DNA of 64,000 bases from Candidatus Binatia bacterium (GCA_963664015.2 CAXXLF010000001.1:960001-1024000), one strand, 5' to 3'; counted from the stretch's first letter, positions 19,247-28,092 are shown. Notes: generated from the sequence alone by a model not told the origin. Numbers and translations are program-made.

Positions 19247-20206
19247 ATGATAACTGCAAAAAATCTCCACGGATTGATGGCCATGATGCCGGCATTCGCC
19301 ACCGCCGATGCCCATGACATTAACGCCACATCGACCATCGACGTGGAGAACCTCAAGGCGAGTGTGAATCGAATGATCACCGACGGGGGCGATGTGATCG
19401 CAACCACCGGGAGCTTTGGCGAGTTTCACACTTTGCTGTGGGATGAGTTTGAGACCTTGACCCGGGCCACCGTCGAAGCCGTCAAGGGGAGGGTTCCACT
19501 CTTTATCGGTTGCACCAGCCTACACAGCAGAGAGACTATCCGAAAAATGAAGTTCATACGTGACGCAGGCGGCGAAGGGGTCCTTGTTGGCGTCCCCTTT
19601 TACTTTCCTTCGACCGTCGACAACGCGGTGCAGTTTTATCACGACATTGCCGAGCTGTTTCCCGACCTGTCCATCATGGTCTACCACAACCCGACCCTCC
19701 ACAACGTTACCTTACCGGTGGAGGCTTTTAAGAAAATCACCCAGAGCCCCAACGTCGTGGCCATGAAGGATAGCCACCGAACGACCACCGAGTTTATGAA
19801 TCTCATGGAAATCGTCCGCGGTAAGATGAGTATCTTTGTTAATCAGCTCCAATACCATCCTTTTGCTTCCCTTGGCGCCGCCGGATTCTGGTCCATCGAC
19901 TCATGGATGGGTCCCTGGCCCCTGCTCCGCCTGCGCGACGCCATCAGGGTCAACGACCTGGAAACGGCGAAACAGATCATCTTCGAGCTCGCTCCCGGTG
20001 GCGCACCACCACCGGACCTGAGGTGGCGCGAGACAGCCGCCAAGATCGCCATTCAACATGCCGGCTACTGCAATCCTGGACCGCTCCGCCCACCCTTTGT
20101 CAATATACCGGATAACGTAAAGGAGAACGTAAAAAAGCGTGCCCAATACTGGAAGGGCCTCTGTGAAAAGTACGGGCCAAAAGCAAAGGCACGAGTAACC
20201 GCTTGA
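19247..20206 (+). CDS. DapA/NAL-family hydratase-aldolase, NahE/PhdJ-like
   Basis: Motifs TAKNLHGLMAMMPAFAT.DA.D...T.TID, TTGSFGE, YHNP, Schiff-base MKDS and GP.RPPF. RBS AAGGAGG. Confidence 0.85.
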   Translation: MITAKNLHGLMAMMPAFATADAHDINATSTIDVENLKASVNRMITDGGDVIATTGSFGEFHTLLWDEFETLTRATVEAVKGRVPLFIGCTSLHSRETIRKMKFIRDAGGEGVLVGVPFYFPSTVDNAVQFYHDIAELFPDLSIMVYHNPTLHNVTLPVEAFKKITQSPNVVAMKDSHRTTTEFMNLMEIVRGKMSIFVNQLQYHPFASLGAAGFWSIDSWMGPWPLLRLRDAIRVNDLETAKQIIFELAPGGAPPPDLRWRETAAKIAIQHAGYCNPGPLRPPFVNIPDNVKENVKKRAQYWKGLCEKYGPKAKARVTA

Positions 20207-20260
20207 GGCCATCATTGGAATTCTACCAATTGAGGCTGAACCATAATAAGGCCTCCAATC

Positions 20261-20782
20261 ATGGAAAGAGAACGAGTTAGAGAAAAAGAACCGGTACAGA
20301 AAGACCAGGGGAAACACTACGAAGCGACCTTGCGACTCAACGCCGAGGCCCGGGACCGCGCCAAGTCTGGCAAGATCGTGATCAAGGCTAATGAGCGTCC
20401 CTGGTACCAGTGCAGGCAAGGATTGATCCGCCAGTATCTCTCATGGCATGACATGGAAGACACCGCAGCAACCGATTGGTCGTGCTTCGTCCACGACGTC
20501 AAGCAGCACTCGGGAAGACACCGGCACCAGGGTGGATATAATCTATTCGTTCTCGAAGGTAAGGGATCAACGGAAGTGGATGGTCAGATCTTCGATTGGG
20601 AGACATGGGATTTGATTCTCCTCCCGGTAAAACCCGGCGGCTGTGTCCACAAGCACTACAATAAATTCGCCGGGAAGTCAGCCCAGTGGATGGCATTCAA
20701 ATACAACACCTTTTCTCGCGTCCTGGGCAGCATGTTCGAGCAGGTGGAAAATTCGCCCAACTGGAAGGGCACGGACAAATAG
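20261..20782 (+). CDS. Monocupin C1 (MERERVREKEP family)
   Basis: Cupin motifs SGRHRHQGG..FVLEG.G and VHKH. Confidence 0.88.
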   Translation: MERERVREKEPVQKDQGKHYEATLRLNAEARDRAKSGKIVIKANERPWYQCRQGLIRQYLSWHDMEDTAATDWSCFVHDVKQHSGRHRHQGGYNLFVLEGKGSTEVDGQIFDWETWDLILLPVKPGGCVHKHYNKFAGKSAQWMAFKYNTFSRVLGSMFEQVENSPNWKGTDK

Positions 20783-20840
20783 GATTCGGCTGATTCTAAA
20801 CCCGCCGAGACATCGGCGGTAACATCACGGAGATAGACAA

Positions 20841-21362
20841 ATGGAAAGAGAAAGAGTAAGAGAAAAAGAACCGGCTCAAAAAGACCAGGGAGAGCACTAC
20901 GAAGCGACCTTGAGGCTCAACGCCGAGGCCCGTGACCGCGCCAAGAAGGGCAAGATCGTCATCAGGGCCAAGGATCGACCGTGGGAACAGGGACGCCAGG
21001 GCCTATCCAAAACCTATCTCTTCTGGCATGGAGTCGACGACACGGCGGCCACTGACTGGACCTGTTTTATTCACGACGTCAAGACCCATTCGGGGAAGCA
21101 CCGCCACCAGGGAGGGATCCAGTTATTTGTCCTTGAGGGCGAAGGTGGCACGGAAGTGGATAATGGGACCGTGGAGTGGCAGAAATGGGATCTAATTATC
21201 CTACCCGTCAAACCCAAGGGCTGTGTGCATAAGCACTACAATAAAGTTCCGGGAACACCGGCCAAGTGGATGGCCTTTCGCTACAATCCCTTTGCCAAGG
21301 TCCTGGGAAACATGTTCGAGCAGGTCGAAGATTCTCCTGACTTCAAGGGTGGACAAAAATAG
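20841..21362 (+). CDS. Monocupin C2 (MERERVREKEP family)
   Basis: Motifs SGKHRHQGG and VHKH; tandem paralog of C1. Confidence 0.88.
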   Translation: MERERVREKEPAQKDQGEHYEATLRLNAEARDRAKKGKIVIRAKDRPWEQGRQGLSKTYLFWHGVDDTAATDWTCFIHDVKTHSGKHRHQGGIQLFVLEGEGGTEVDNGTVEWQKWDLIILPVKPKGCVHKHYNKVPGTPAKWMAFRYNPFAKVLGNMFEQVEDSPDFKGGQK

Positions 21363-21435
21363 GCCTCGGCTTGATTCGGACTCGTGAGGCTGTCGATAGG
21401 CTGAGGCATTAGAGATAGAATAGAGGGGAAAAATT

Positions 21436-21969
21436 ATGGAGAGAGAGAGAGTAAGGGAGAAAGAACCCGTACAAAAAGATCAAGGGGAGCACTACGAAGC
21501 CACCTTGAGGCTCAACGCCGAGGCCCGGGACCGCGCCAAGTCTGGCAAAATCGTTATCAAGGCCAAGGAACGGCCGTGGCACCAAGGCCGCCAGGGATAC
21601 ACAAGGACTTATCTCTCCTGGCACGGAATGGATGATACGGCGGCAACGGACTGGACCTGCTTTATCCACGACGTCAAGGTCCATTCAGGGAAACACCGTC
21701 ACCAGGGGGGCATCCAGTTGTTTGTCCTCGAAGGGGACGGCTATACGGAGGTGGAGGGACAGAAGGTAGACTGGGAAAAATGGGATCTAATTATTCTGCC
21801 CGTCAAGCCCGACGGCTGCGTGCACAAGCACTACAACAAAGTTCCGGGAACCCCGGCAAGGTGGATGGCCTTCAGATACAACCCTTTCTCAAATGTACTT
21901 GGTAATATGTTCAATCAGGTGGAGGATTCGCCCGACTTCAAGGACGAGAAAAAGGCCTCACTTAGCTAA
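21436..21969 (+). CDS. Monocupin C3 (MERERVREKEP family)
   Basis: Motifs SGKHRHQGG and VHKH; tandem paralog of C1/C2. Confidence 0.88.
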   Translation: MERERVREKEPVQKDQGEHYEATLRLNAEARDRAKSGKIVIKAKERPWHQGRQGYTRTYLSWHGMDDTAATDWTCFIHDVKVHSGKHRHQGGIQLFVLEGDGYTEVEGQKVDWEKWDLIILPVKPDGCVHKHYNKVPGTPARWMAFRYNPFSNVLGNMFNQVEDSPDFKDEKKASLS

Positions 21970-21975
21970 ACCTGG

Positions 21976-22722
21976 CTAGACCTCCTTCGGCCACAGAACT
22001 TTGATCATCGCTTTCGTCGTCGACTTGATCGTCTTTCGCGGCCTCACCTGGTGTTTGTACAAAAGGAACGGCCAGGCTCGGTACGGGTTTTCGTCCTTGC
22101 CTTTGACTTGCGTAGCGTATTCCTCGGTCATGGGCTTGATCGTCGTAGAACTTGCCAGCAGCAGTTGATCCGCACAGGACCTTTCCAGCTGGATCGCGGA
22201 GACGCAGGTACCTTCTATGCTACGCGCCGTGACCACAATGCCGTGTCCCCGCAACAAAACCACCGAGTGCTGGCCCAGGCAGTCCGCCATTCTCTGAGCG
22301 AGGCCGTCGTTGTTGATGCCATTGCTATTGGGAAAGATCGGCACTCCGCCTTCAAAGGCCCGTGCCTCTCTGTGAAACGGAATAAGGCCGCCATCCAACA
22401 ACCCGACCATGATCGCATAACGGGCGTGACAGTGAAGGACACTCACCACGTCCGGTCTGTTTCTATAAATGGTGCTATGAATGGTGGTTTCCAGCGGGAT
22501 GGGTTCGGAGCCGGCGATCCGGTTTCCCGACAGATCCACCGTGCAGATGTCTTTGAAGTCGGCGAGGATTCCAGCGTACCTGGGGTTAATCAAGAAGGAA
22601 TCGGTACCCGGGATTCGGACGCTCAAATGGCCCGATCCGGTGAGAACCCCCTCTCCGGTCAACACTTTGATCCCATCGAGGAGACGGTTCTTAAGGTTTT
22701 TTACCTCGGTCAGTTTGGCCAT
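21976..22722 (-). CDS. Class II aldolase/adducin family protein (possible decarboxylase)
   Basis: Motifs GHLSVR, PLETTIH, metal ligands HCH and LLRGHG. Confidence 0.88.
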   Translation of the reverse strand: MAKLTEVKNLKNRLLDGIKVLTGEGVLTGSGHLSVRIPGTDSFLINPRYAGILADFKDICTVDLSGNRIAGSEPIPLETTIHSTIYRNRPDVVSVLHCHARYAIMVGLLDGGLIPFHREARAFEGGVPIFPNSNGINNDGLAQRMADCLGQHSVVLLRGHGIVVTARSIEGTCVSAIQLERSCADQLLLASSTTIKPMTEEYATQVKGKDENPYRAWPFLLYKHQVRPRKTIKSTTKAMIKVLWPKEV

Positions 22723-22787
22723 GACCTGAGCCCCCTTTCGCGGAACGTGATTTCATCCCATTAAAAACGCAGGCTTTCCCTTTTGGA

Positions 22788-24947
22788 TCAACCTGCCGAC
22801 GCCTCTTTATTTTGCCCCTGGTAAAACTCCCGGGCAATTTCCAAGTCAACCAGAGCCTTTAGAAAATGGCTGGCCTCGAGCACCTCGGCCCCTTTGTAAC
22901 CGGAATCCTTCAGGGCATTGAGTTGAGCATCATTGCACAGGGAATCGAGCTCAGCGCCTGAAAATCCATCGGTCTTTTGCGCCACCTCAGCGACAACCTT
23001 CTTCCGGGTGGCATCGTCCTTGAAGGGAGTCTTCTTGAGTTTGGACTCCATGATGGCCTTGCGATCGGCCAAGTCGGGTAGAGGCACATAAATATGTATT
23101 CCAAACCGCCCGGGCCGAAGGATAGCGGGATCCAGAAGATCCAACCGATTGGTTGCCGCAACAACAATAATGCGGCCAAAGCTCTCAATGGAGTCCATTT
23201 CCATCAAAATCTGATTGACCACGCGCTCCGCCGCCTTGGTGTCGCTGTCACCGCGACGGTTGGGGGCAATGGCATCGATTTGATCGAAGAAGATTACAGC
23301 CGGGGCGACCTGCCTGGCCACTTGAAAGGCGTGGCGAACACTCTCTTCGGATTCGCCCAGCCATTTGCTGAAGACCTCGGGACCCCGAATATAGAGGAAG
23401 TTCGCTCCCGACTCCCGGGCGATGGCCTTGGCTAGAAGGGTCTTTCCCGTCCCCGGGGGGCCGTAGAGGAGGATTCCACTGGGCGGCCGGATTCCCATGG
23501 CACGGAAGGGTTCGGGGTTGGTCAGCGGCTTTTCCACCAGGTCGCGAAGTTTTTCCTTAACGCTTTCCATCCCGCCGATATCATCCCACCCAACGTCCGG
23601 AATACTTGTGATGGTTTCTCGCATGGCGGAGGGACGGATAAGACCCGTCGCCTTCATAAAGTCATCACCGGTAACCACCAAATCGTCAAGACTTACCTTG
23701 AACCGAGCGGGCGAGAGGCGACGATCCCCCATGATTCTTCTCAGGCAGTTAAGACCAGCCTCACGGCACAGCTCCATCAGGTCCGCCCCAACAAAGCCGT
23801 GGGTAATTCGTGCCACCTCCCTCAATGTCTCAAAAATTCCTTCCGCGAGGGGCATGCCCCGACTATGGATCTGTAATATTTCCAATCTCCCTTCAGTATC
23901 GGGAGGTCCCATGAAGATCTCCCTATCGAATCGGCCAGGACGCCGTATGGCCTTATCCAGAGTTTCCACCCTATTAGTGGTCCCCAGCACCATGACTCCC
24001 TCTACTTTGTTAAGCCCATCCATCAGCTCCAACAGCTGGCCAACCATCCGGGTATCCGAATGGGAACCGCTCTCGCCCCGGATAGGCGCGATGGCGTCCA
24101 CCTCGTCAATAAAAATGATCGAGGGGAGATGATGGGACGCCTCCTCAAAGATCTTACGCAAGTTAGCTTCCGTCTCACCATATACCGAACTCACGATATC
24201 GGGACCATTGATATAAAGAAATTTTGCATTGATCTCATTGGCAATGGCTCGCGCCGTGTGACTCTTCCCGCTTCCCGGAGGTCCGTACAGGATAATCCCC
24301 CGAGGCGGATTAATACCAAGGTGACGAAAAACATCCGGAAAGAGCAAGGGAAGTTCCACCAGCTCTCGAATAAGACCGATTTCCTTTTGGAGTCCTCCAA
24401 CGTCTTCAAAGGTGACCTGATCCGAGACCACGCCCCATGATGAGAAGACATAATCCAGGTCAAGTTTTGTTTCTGCTGTCATCAAGCCCGCTTCCGGCTC
24501 GATTTCGGTGACCTTGAATGCGGTCCCCTGAGTCTGCCCCGGTAATGTCGCGTAGAGGACCTGGCCGTCGCTAACGAGCAAACCCTTGGAGGCAAAATTC
24601 TTGATCAGATAGGCATCGACCCCTTTGACGTCCGAGATGTTGACGAAGGGCGCCAAGGTGACCTTGCTTACCGTCTTCATCTGGATCGGAACGACCGAAA
24701 CCCAGTCGCCCAGAAGGCTCTTGGTTGAATGCCTGAGGTACTGGTCCATGCGGATGAGCTTCCTTCCCTTATCCCCCTCCTGCGGTTTGGCCACTCGCGC
24801 CAGAACACTTCGGCCGCTGTTAGTCTCGACCTCAATGGCATCGTCCACCTTGATGCCGTCTTTCTCCATCACCTCCGGATCGATCAAAACCCGCCCCTGT
24901 GCACTATAGACAGCGGGACACTCTTCTACTTGCAAAAATACTGCCAT
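22788..24947 (-). CDS. Cdc48/VCP-family double AAA+ ATPase with N domain
   Basis: N domain (IRMD..LR). D1 has GPPGSGKS, IFIDEVD and RRPGRFDRE. D2 has GPPGTGKT, KWLGESE, IFFDQID and LRPGRF. Also THGFVGADL..LCREA. Confidence 0.93.
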   Translation of the reverse strand: MAVFLQVEECPAVYSAQGRVLIDPEVMEKDGIKVDDAIEVETNSGRSVLARVAKPQEGDKGRKLIRMDQYLRHSTKSLLGDWVSVVPIQMKTVSKVTLAPFVNISDVKGVDAYLIKNFASKGLLVSDGQVLYATLPGQTQGTAFKVTEIEPEAGLMTAETKLDLDYVFSSWGVVSDQVTFEDVGGLQKEIGLIRELVELPLLFPDVFRHLGINPPRGIILYGPPGSGKSHTARAIANEINAKFLYINGPDIVSSVYGETEANLRKIFEEASHHLPSIIFIDEVDAIAPIRGESGSHSDTRMVGQLLELMDGLNKVEGVMVLGTTNRVETLDKAIRRPGRFDREIFMGPPDTEGRLEILQIHSRGMPLAEGIFETLREVARITHGFVGADLMELCREAGLNCLRRIMGDRRLSPARFKVSLDDLVVTGDDFMKATGLIRPSAMRETITSIPDVGWDDIGGMESVKEKLRDLVEKPLTNPEPFRAMGIRPPSGILLYGPPGTGKTLLAKAIARESGANFLYIRGPEVFSKWLGESEESVRHAFQVARQVAPAVIFFDQIDAIAPNRRGDSDTKAAERVVNQILMEMDSIESFGRIIVVAATNRLDLLDPAILRPGRFGIHIYVPLPDLADRKAIMESKLKKTPFKDDATRKKVVAEVAQKTDGFSGAELDSLCNDAQLNALKDSGYKGAEVLEASHFLKALVDLEIAREFYQGQNKEASAG

Positions 24948-25055
24948 GAAAACTCCTCCCTAACCTTTCAAAATAATCATCTTTTAAAAACACTTCAGGT
25001 ACGCCCATGCGCGCACGATCTCACACCAACCTCCTGCCACCATCGGCCGGATTCA

Positions 25056-26615
25056 TCAACGGAATACCAGCGAGCGAACGACCACCGGGACCTCCGTATC
25101 ATGACCGACCTCTCCCACTTCGATGAAGTCCATGTCATGGGAGTGGAAGCCGCTGAGTCCGACGATTGGGGTATGGGCCGAATCTTCAGAGGCCATCTTT
25201 TTTGCAATGGCACAGGCTGCCGCTGTCTCCCCCACCAGGACCAAGGGTAAATCCCGATTCCACGGCACAAGCGTAGCGGCCAGTCCGGCCGCGATCGCAT
25301 CATAGGACGACTCCTCATCGGCATAATCCAAGGACAGGGCAAAAGGCTGATCCGAACCGGTCAGAGAATCGAACCGGGACAGGGCCTCCTCAACGTCCCT
25401 TTGAGCCTGGGCCGAATCGCTCAGTCCCTGCGGGAATTTGGGAGCCACCACCATGAGATTTTTGAAGACATGCAAGTGGCCATGAGAACAAAAGATGGAG
25501 TCGAGAGGCAAATGGACCGAATAAGTCGCCACGCCGACGGGCGTAGCACGTAACCGGCTGACCGGCGTCAATACCCCCATCTTTACCCCGAGCCTCGGAG
25601 CACGCTTCCGGATCGTGGTGCCCCAATCAAAACCCACATCCGCCCCCGGTTCGGTTTCATATCCATAGACGTATTCAGCCACCCCACCAGAGAACTGCAG
25701 ATAATCGATATTTTCCAACGATGGCGGAGGTGACGGAAAAACAATCTTCCCCTCTTCCGAGACCCCCTCCCCTTCCAGGTAGTCTAGCAGCGTCTCGCCC
25801 AGGAATCGGCCGACCGCCTGCTTATGGGACCGAGTAACCGGTTGACCTATCTGCAGATTCAAACCCAATTGAGAGACAATTCTCTGCCCCGTCTCATCCA
25901 GATGGCTTAGCATTCCCTGTTCGTCGATGCCAAGCACTTTGGCCCCTACCGAAGTTGAATAAAAGCTTTCGAAAGAACCATTGGCAATCCAGGCAAATCG
26001 GGCCCCTTCCGCGCCCAGGTCCACATTGAGGACTCGCTTCTTCTCGTTGCCTGATTTATCGACGGCCCCCGCCCCAAAGGCGGCCAGCATCCCCTGGATT
26101 TTTGACTTTTCTGTTATGAATAGAAAGCGAGCTACCTCCCGGCCAAAGACCTCCTCGATGACAGGACGGCTCTTGGAATCGGCAGCTTTCCCGCTCACAA
26201 CCACCACACCGGTTTGGATCAGATCGGCAATCAAGCGTGCCTCATCGTAGCAACGGTGAAGGAAGGCCTTCAGCTGCTCTCCATCAAGCACCCCATCCGC
26301 ACGATAGGGGGTTGGCAGCACAGGTGACTCGTAAAAGACCTCTTTCGTCTTGACCACCGACCTGCTGGTCAGGTTGTGCCCCCCCTTCCGTAACACGAGC
26401 CGGCTCAATTGGAGATGGGTCGTTGCGGATCCGATGTGGAACCCTCCACTGGTCACATTGGCCAGATCCGCTTTCCCGTGGAGAAATTCCTCGCCGAGAA
26501 CAATGTCCAATGCCTCCGAGAATTCGTCCTCGTCCCAGTGCCCATCATGAAGATCCCATATGGGGAACGGCAACTGGACGATGGGCCTTCCAATTTGGAG
26601 GTTATTCAAAATCAT
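25056..26615 (-). CDS. EutA-like ASKHA (actin-like) fold protein with degenerate ATP motifs
   Basis: Segments IGSATTHLQLSRL, YESPVLPTPY, IQTGVVVVSG, LAAFGAGA, VLNVDLG, FSGGVAEYVY, LRAT..G, DFIEVG and VPVVVRSLVF match the EutA layout. Confidence 0.8.
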   Translation of the reverse strand: MILNNLQIGRPIVQLPFPIWDLHDGHWDEDEFSEALDIVLGEEFLHGKADLANVTSGGFHIGSATTHLQLSRLVLRKGGHNLTSRSVVKTKEVFYESPVLPTPYRADGVLDGEQLKAFLHRCYDEARLIADLIQTGVVVVSGKAADSKSRPVIEEVFGREVARFLFITEKSKIQGMLAAFGAGAVDKSGNEKKRVLNVDLGAEGARFAWIANGSFESFYSTSVGAKVLGIDEQGMLSHLDETGQRIVSQLGLNLQIGQPVTRSHKQAVGRFLGETLLDYLEGEGVSEEGKIVFPSPPPSLENIDYLQFSGGVAEYVYGYETEPGADVGFDWGTTIRKRAPRLGVKMGVLTPVSRLRATPVGVATYSVHLPLDSIFCSHGHLHVFKNLMVVAPKFPQGLSDSAQAQRDVEEALSRFDSLTGSDQPFALSLDYADEESSYDAIAAGLAATLVPWNRDLPLVLVGETAAACAIAKKMASEDSAHTPIVGLSGFHSHDMDFIEVGEVGHDTEVPVVVRSLVFR

Positions 26616-26876
26616 CTCTGCCTTCTCACTGGCGGGCTTGATACGAATCTAGCCCCATGTGCATTTCCCCACCCTCAACCTTAATTCCATCGAGCACCAG
26701 CAGCATGGGAATCCTTGGGCCACAATTTTTTGTCATTGGATCGGGGACAGGACGAAAACGGGAAGCGGCAATGCCACAAGACCCCAGAAGCGCTGGCAAA
26801 GCATAGGGTGCCAGCACTATCGGGCGATCAAGCAGCCGCACGCTTCCCGCTCGGAAACGGCTGAAGGTGATAAACC

Positions 26877-27362
26877 CTAACCGGCCTGATACTCGGGACA
26901 AGCCTCGAGCTGCTCGAAACCGGACCCCATGTCCACTCCGAAGATGTCGAAAAAATTGGGCATGGCAGCCACAAGCATTACAGGCTTTTCCGGGTTCGAA
27001 TTATAATGCTGGTATTCCAGCCCATCCGGTAGAAATGGCAATGCCACCACATCCCCGGCTTCCCAGTCATGTTTCACGCCGTCGACGATGGTGTACCCTT
27101 CCCCTTCCAGAATGTGGTGAACGATTCCGCCCTGCACTTTCTGCTTGCCACTGCGGCTACCCGGAGGGATCTCCTGCATGAAAAACAGATGAGCAGGACT
27201 GGCGATATCCTCGATATCCGGATGGAGGTACCACTTGATCTTGCCATGCTTATTGACTTCCCACTTGAGATCACTAAATCTAATCAGCGACCGTGCACCT
27301 TCCATCTTTTTGCGCCACGCATCCCGCTTTTCGAGTAACTTCTCGAGTAAATCTTTTGCCAT
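26877..27362 (-). CDS. Monocupin C6, related to C1-C5 but lacking metal-binding histidines
   Basis: SGKQKVQGG replaces SGKHRHQGG and EYQH replaces VHKH. It shares ILEGEG and the FEQ.E..P tail. Confidence 0.82.
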   Translation of the reverse strand: MAKDLLEKLLEKRDAWRKKMEGARSLIRFSDLKWEVNKHGKIKWYLHPDIEDIASPAHLFFMQEIPPGSRSGKQKVQGGIVHHILEGEGYTIVDGVKHDWEAGDVVALPFLPDGLEYQHYNSNPEKPVMLVAAMPNFFDIFGVDMGSGFEQLEACPEYQAG

Positions 27363-27402
27363 CAGAGAACCTCCATGTTTATTCCTTTTTTGTTTTTAAA
27401 GC

Positions 27403-27930
27403 TTACGCAGACTTTTTCTCTTCCTTGAAATCCGGCGAGTCTTCCACCTGTTCAAACATATTGCCCAGGACCTTGGAAAAAGGATTGTACCTGAAGGCCA
27501 TCCACTTGGCCGGCGTTCCCGGAACTTTATTGTAGTGCTTGTGGACGCAGCCTTTGGGTTTAACCGGCAAGATGATGAGATCCCATTTTTGCCAATCTAC
27601 CGTACTACCATCCACCTCGGTAGCCCCGTCACCTTCAAGAACAAACAGCTGAATTCCACCCTGATGCTTGTGTTTGCCCGAGTGCTGTTTGACGTCGTGA
27701 ATAAAGCAGCTCCAATCGGTTATTGCCGTGTCACTGATGCCGTGCCAGGAAAGATAGGTCCGAATAAGTCCTTGCCGGCCCTGATGCCAGGGGCGCTCCT
27801 TGGCCTTGATCACGATCTTGCCTGTCTTGGCTTTTTCCCGTGCCTCCGCGTTGAGCCTCAAGGTGGCTTCGTAATGTTCCCCCTGGTCTTTCTGTACGGG
27901 TTCTTTTTCTCTAACCCTTTCTCTCTCCAT
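27403..27930 (-). CDS. Monocupin C4 (MERERVREKEP family)
   Basis: Motifs SGKHKHQGG and VHKH. First gene of the C4-C6-EutA-Cdc48-aldolase run. Confidence 0.88.
   Translation of the reverse strand: MERERVREKEPVQKDQGEHYEATLRLNAEAREKAKTGKIVIKAKERPWHQGRQGLIRTYLSWHGISDTAITDWSCFIHDVKQHSGKHKHQGGIQLFVLEGDGATEVDGSTVDWQKWDLIILPVKPKGCVHKHYNKVPGTPAKWMAFRYNPFSKVLGNMFEQVEDSPDFKEEKKSA
27794..27930 (-). repeat. 137-bp near-identical direct repeat, copy 1 (5' end of cupin C4)
   Basis: Matches 40252..40388 at 133 of 137 positions by manual comparison. Confidence 0.9.
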
Positions 27931-28039
27931 GTAAATTCTCCTTTCCTAGTCCAATCCTGTCTTGCCTTCCCGGCCATTCCGACCAGCACTAAGTAGCCGG
28001 ATATAGCTTTCGAATTTTCTGAAAATTAATTAGATTAAT

Positions 28040-28069
28040 CGCATAACATACTGGTGAGTGAACCGTCAA
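28040..28069 (-). promoter_or_regulatory. Candidate sigma70 promoter of the C4 operon
   Basis: TTGAC-N16-TGTTAT on the minus strand, with the same spacing upstream of C5 (40472..40501). An ATTAAT-N3-ATTAAT element lies next to it at 28025..28039. Confidence 0.35.
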
Positions 28070-28092
28070 GCACCGCCCCCCTCGGGGGTTGT

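Noticed and set aside
19046-20260. Shared operator motif (TTGGAA-like words at about 19126, 20215, 29604 and 31923) across the island
   Set aside because: The words are too short and variable to distinguish from chance by eye; formal motif discovery is needed.
20261-20400. MERERVREKEP arm as a RiPP leader peptide processed by the HDO or radical SAM enzymes
   Set aside because: It is fused to a full metal-binding cupin domain. No peptidase, RRE or exporter is present, and the only radical SAM gene is an unrelated pseudogene.
20261-21969. Tandem repeats suggesting a CRISPR array or a diversity-generating retroelement
   Set aside because: The repeats are whole coding paralogs. There is no repeat-spacer structure, no cas or reverse transcriptase gene, and no adenine-specific variation.
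25056-26615. Ethanolamine utilisation (eut) locus or microcompartment
   Set aside because: No eutB/eutC, shell-protein or cobalamin genes are in the window.
26626-26901. 91-aa ORF between C6 and the EutA-like gene
   Set aside because: It has no clear RBS or motif, overlaps the end of C6, and the region is better explained as a structured spacer.
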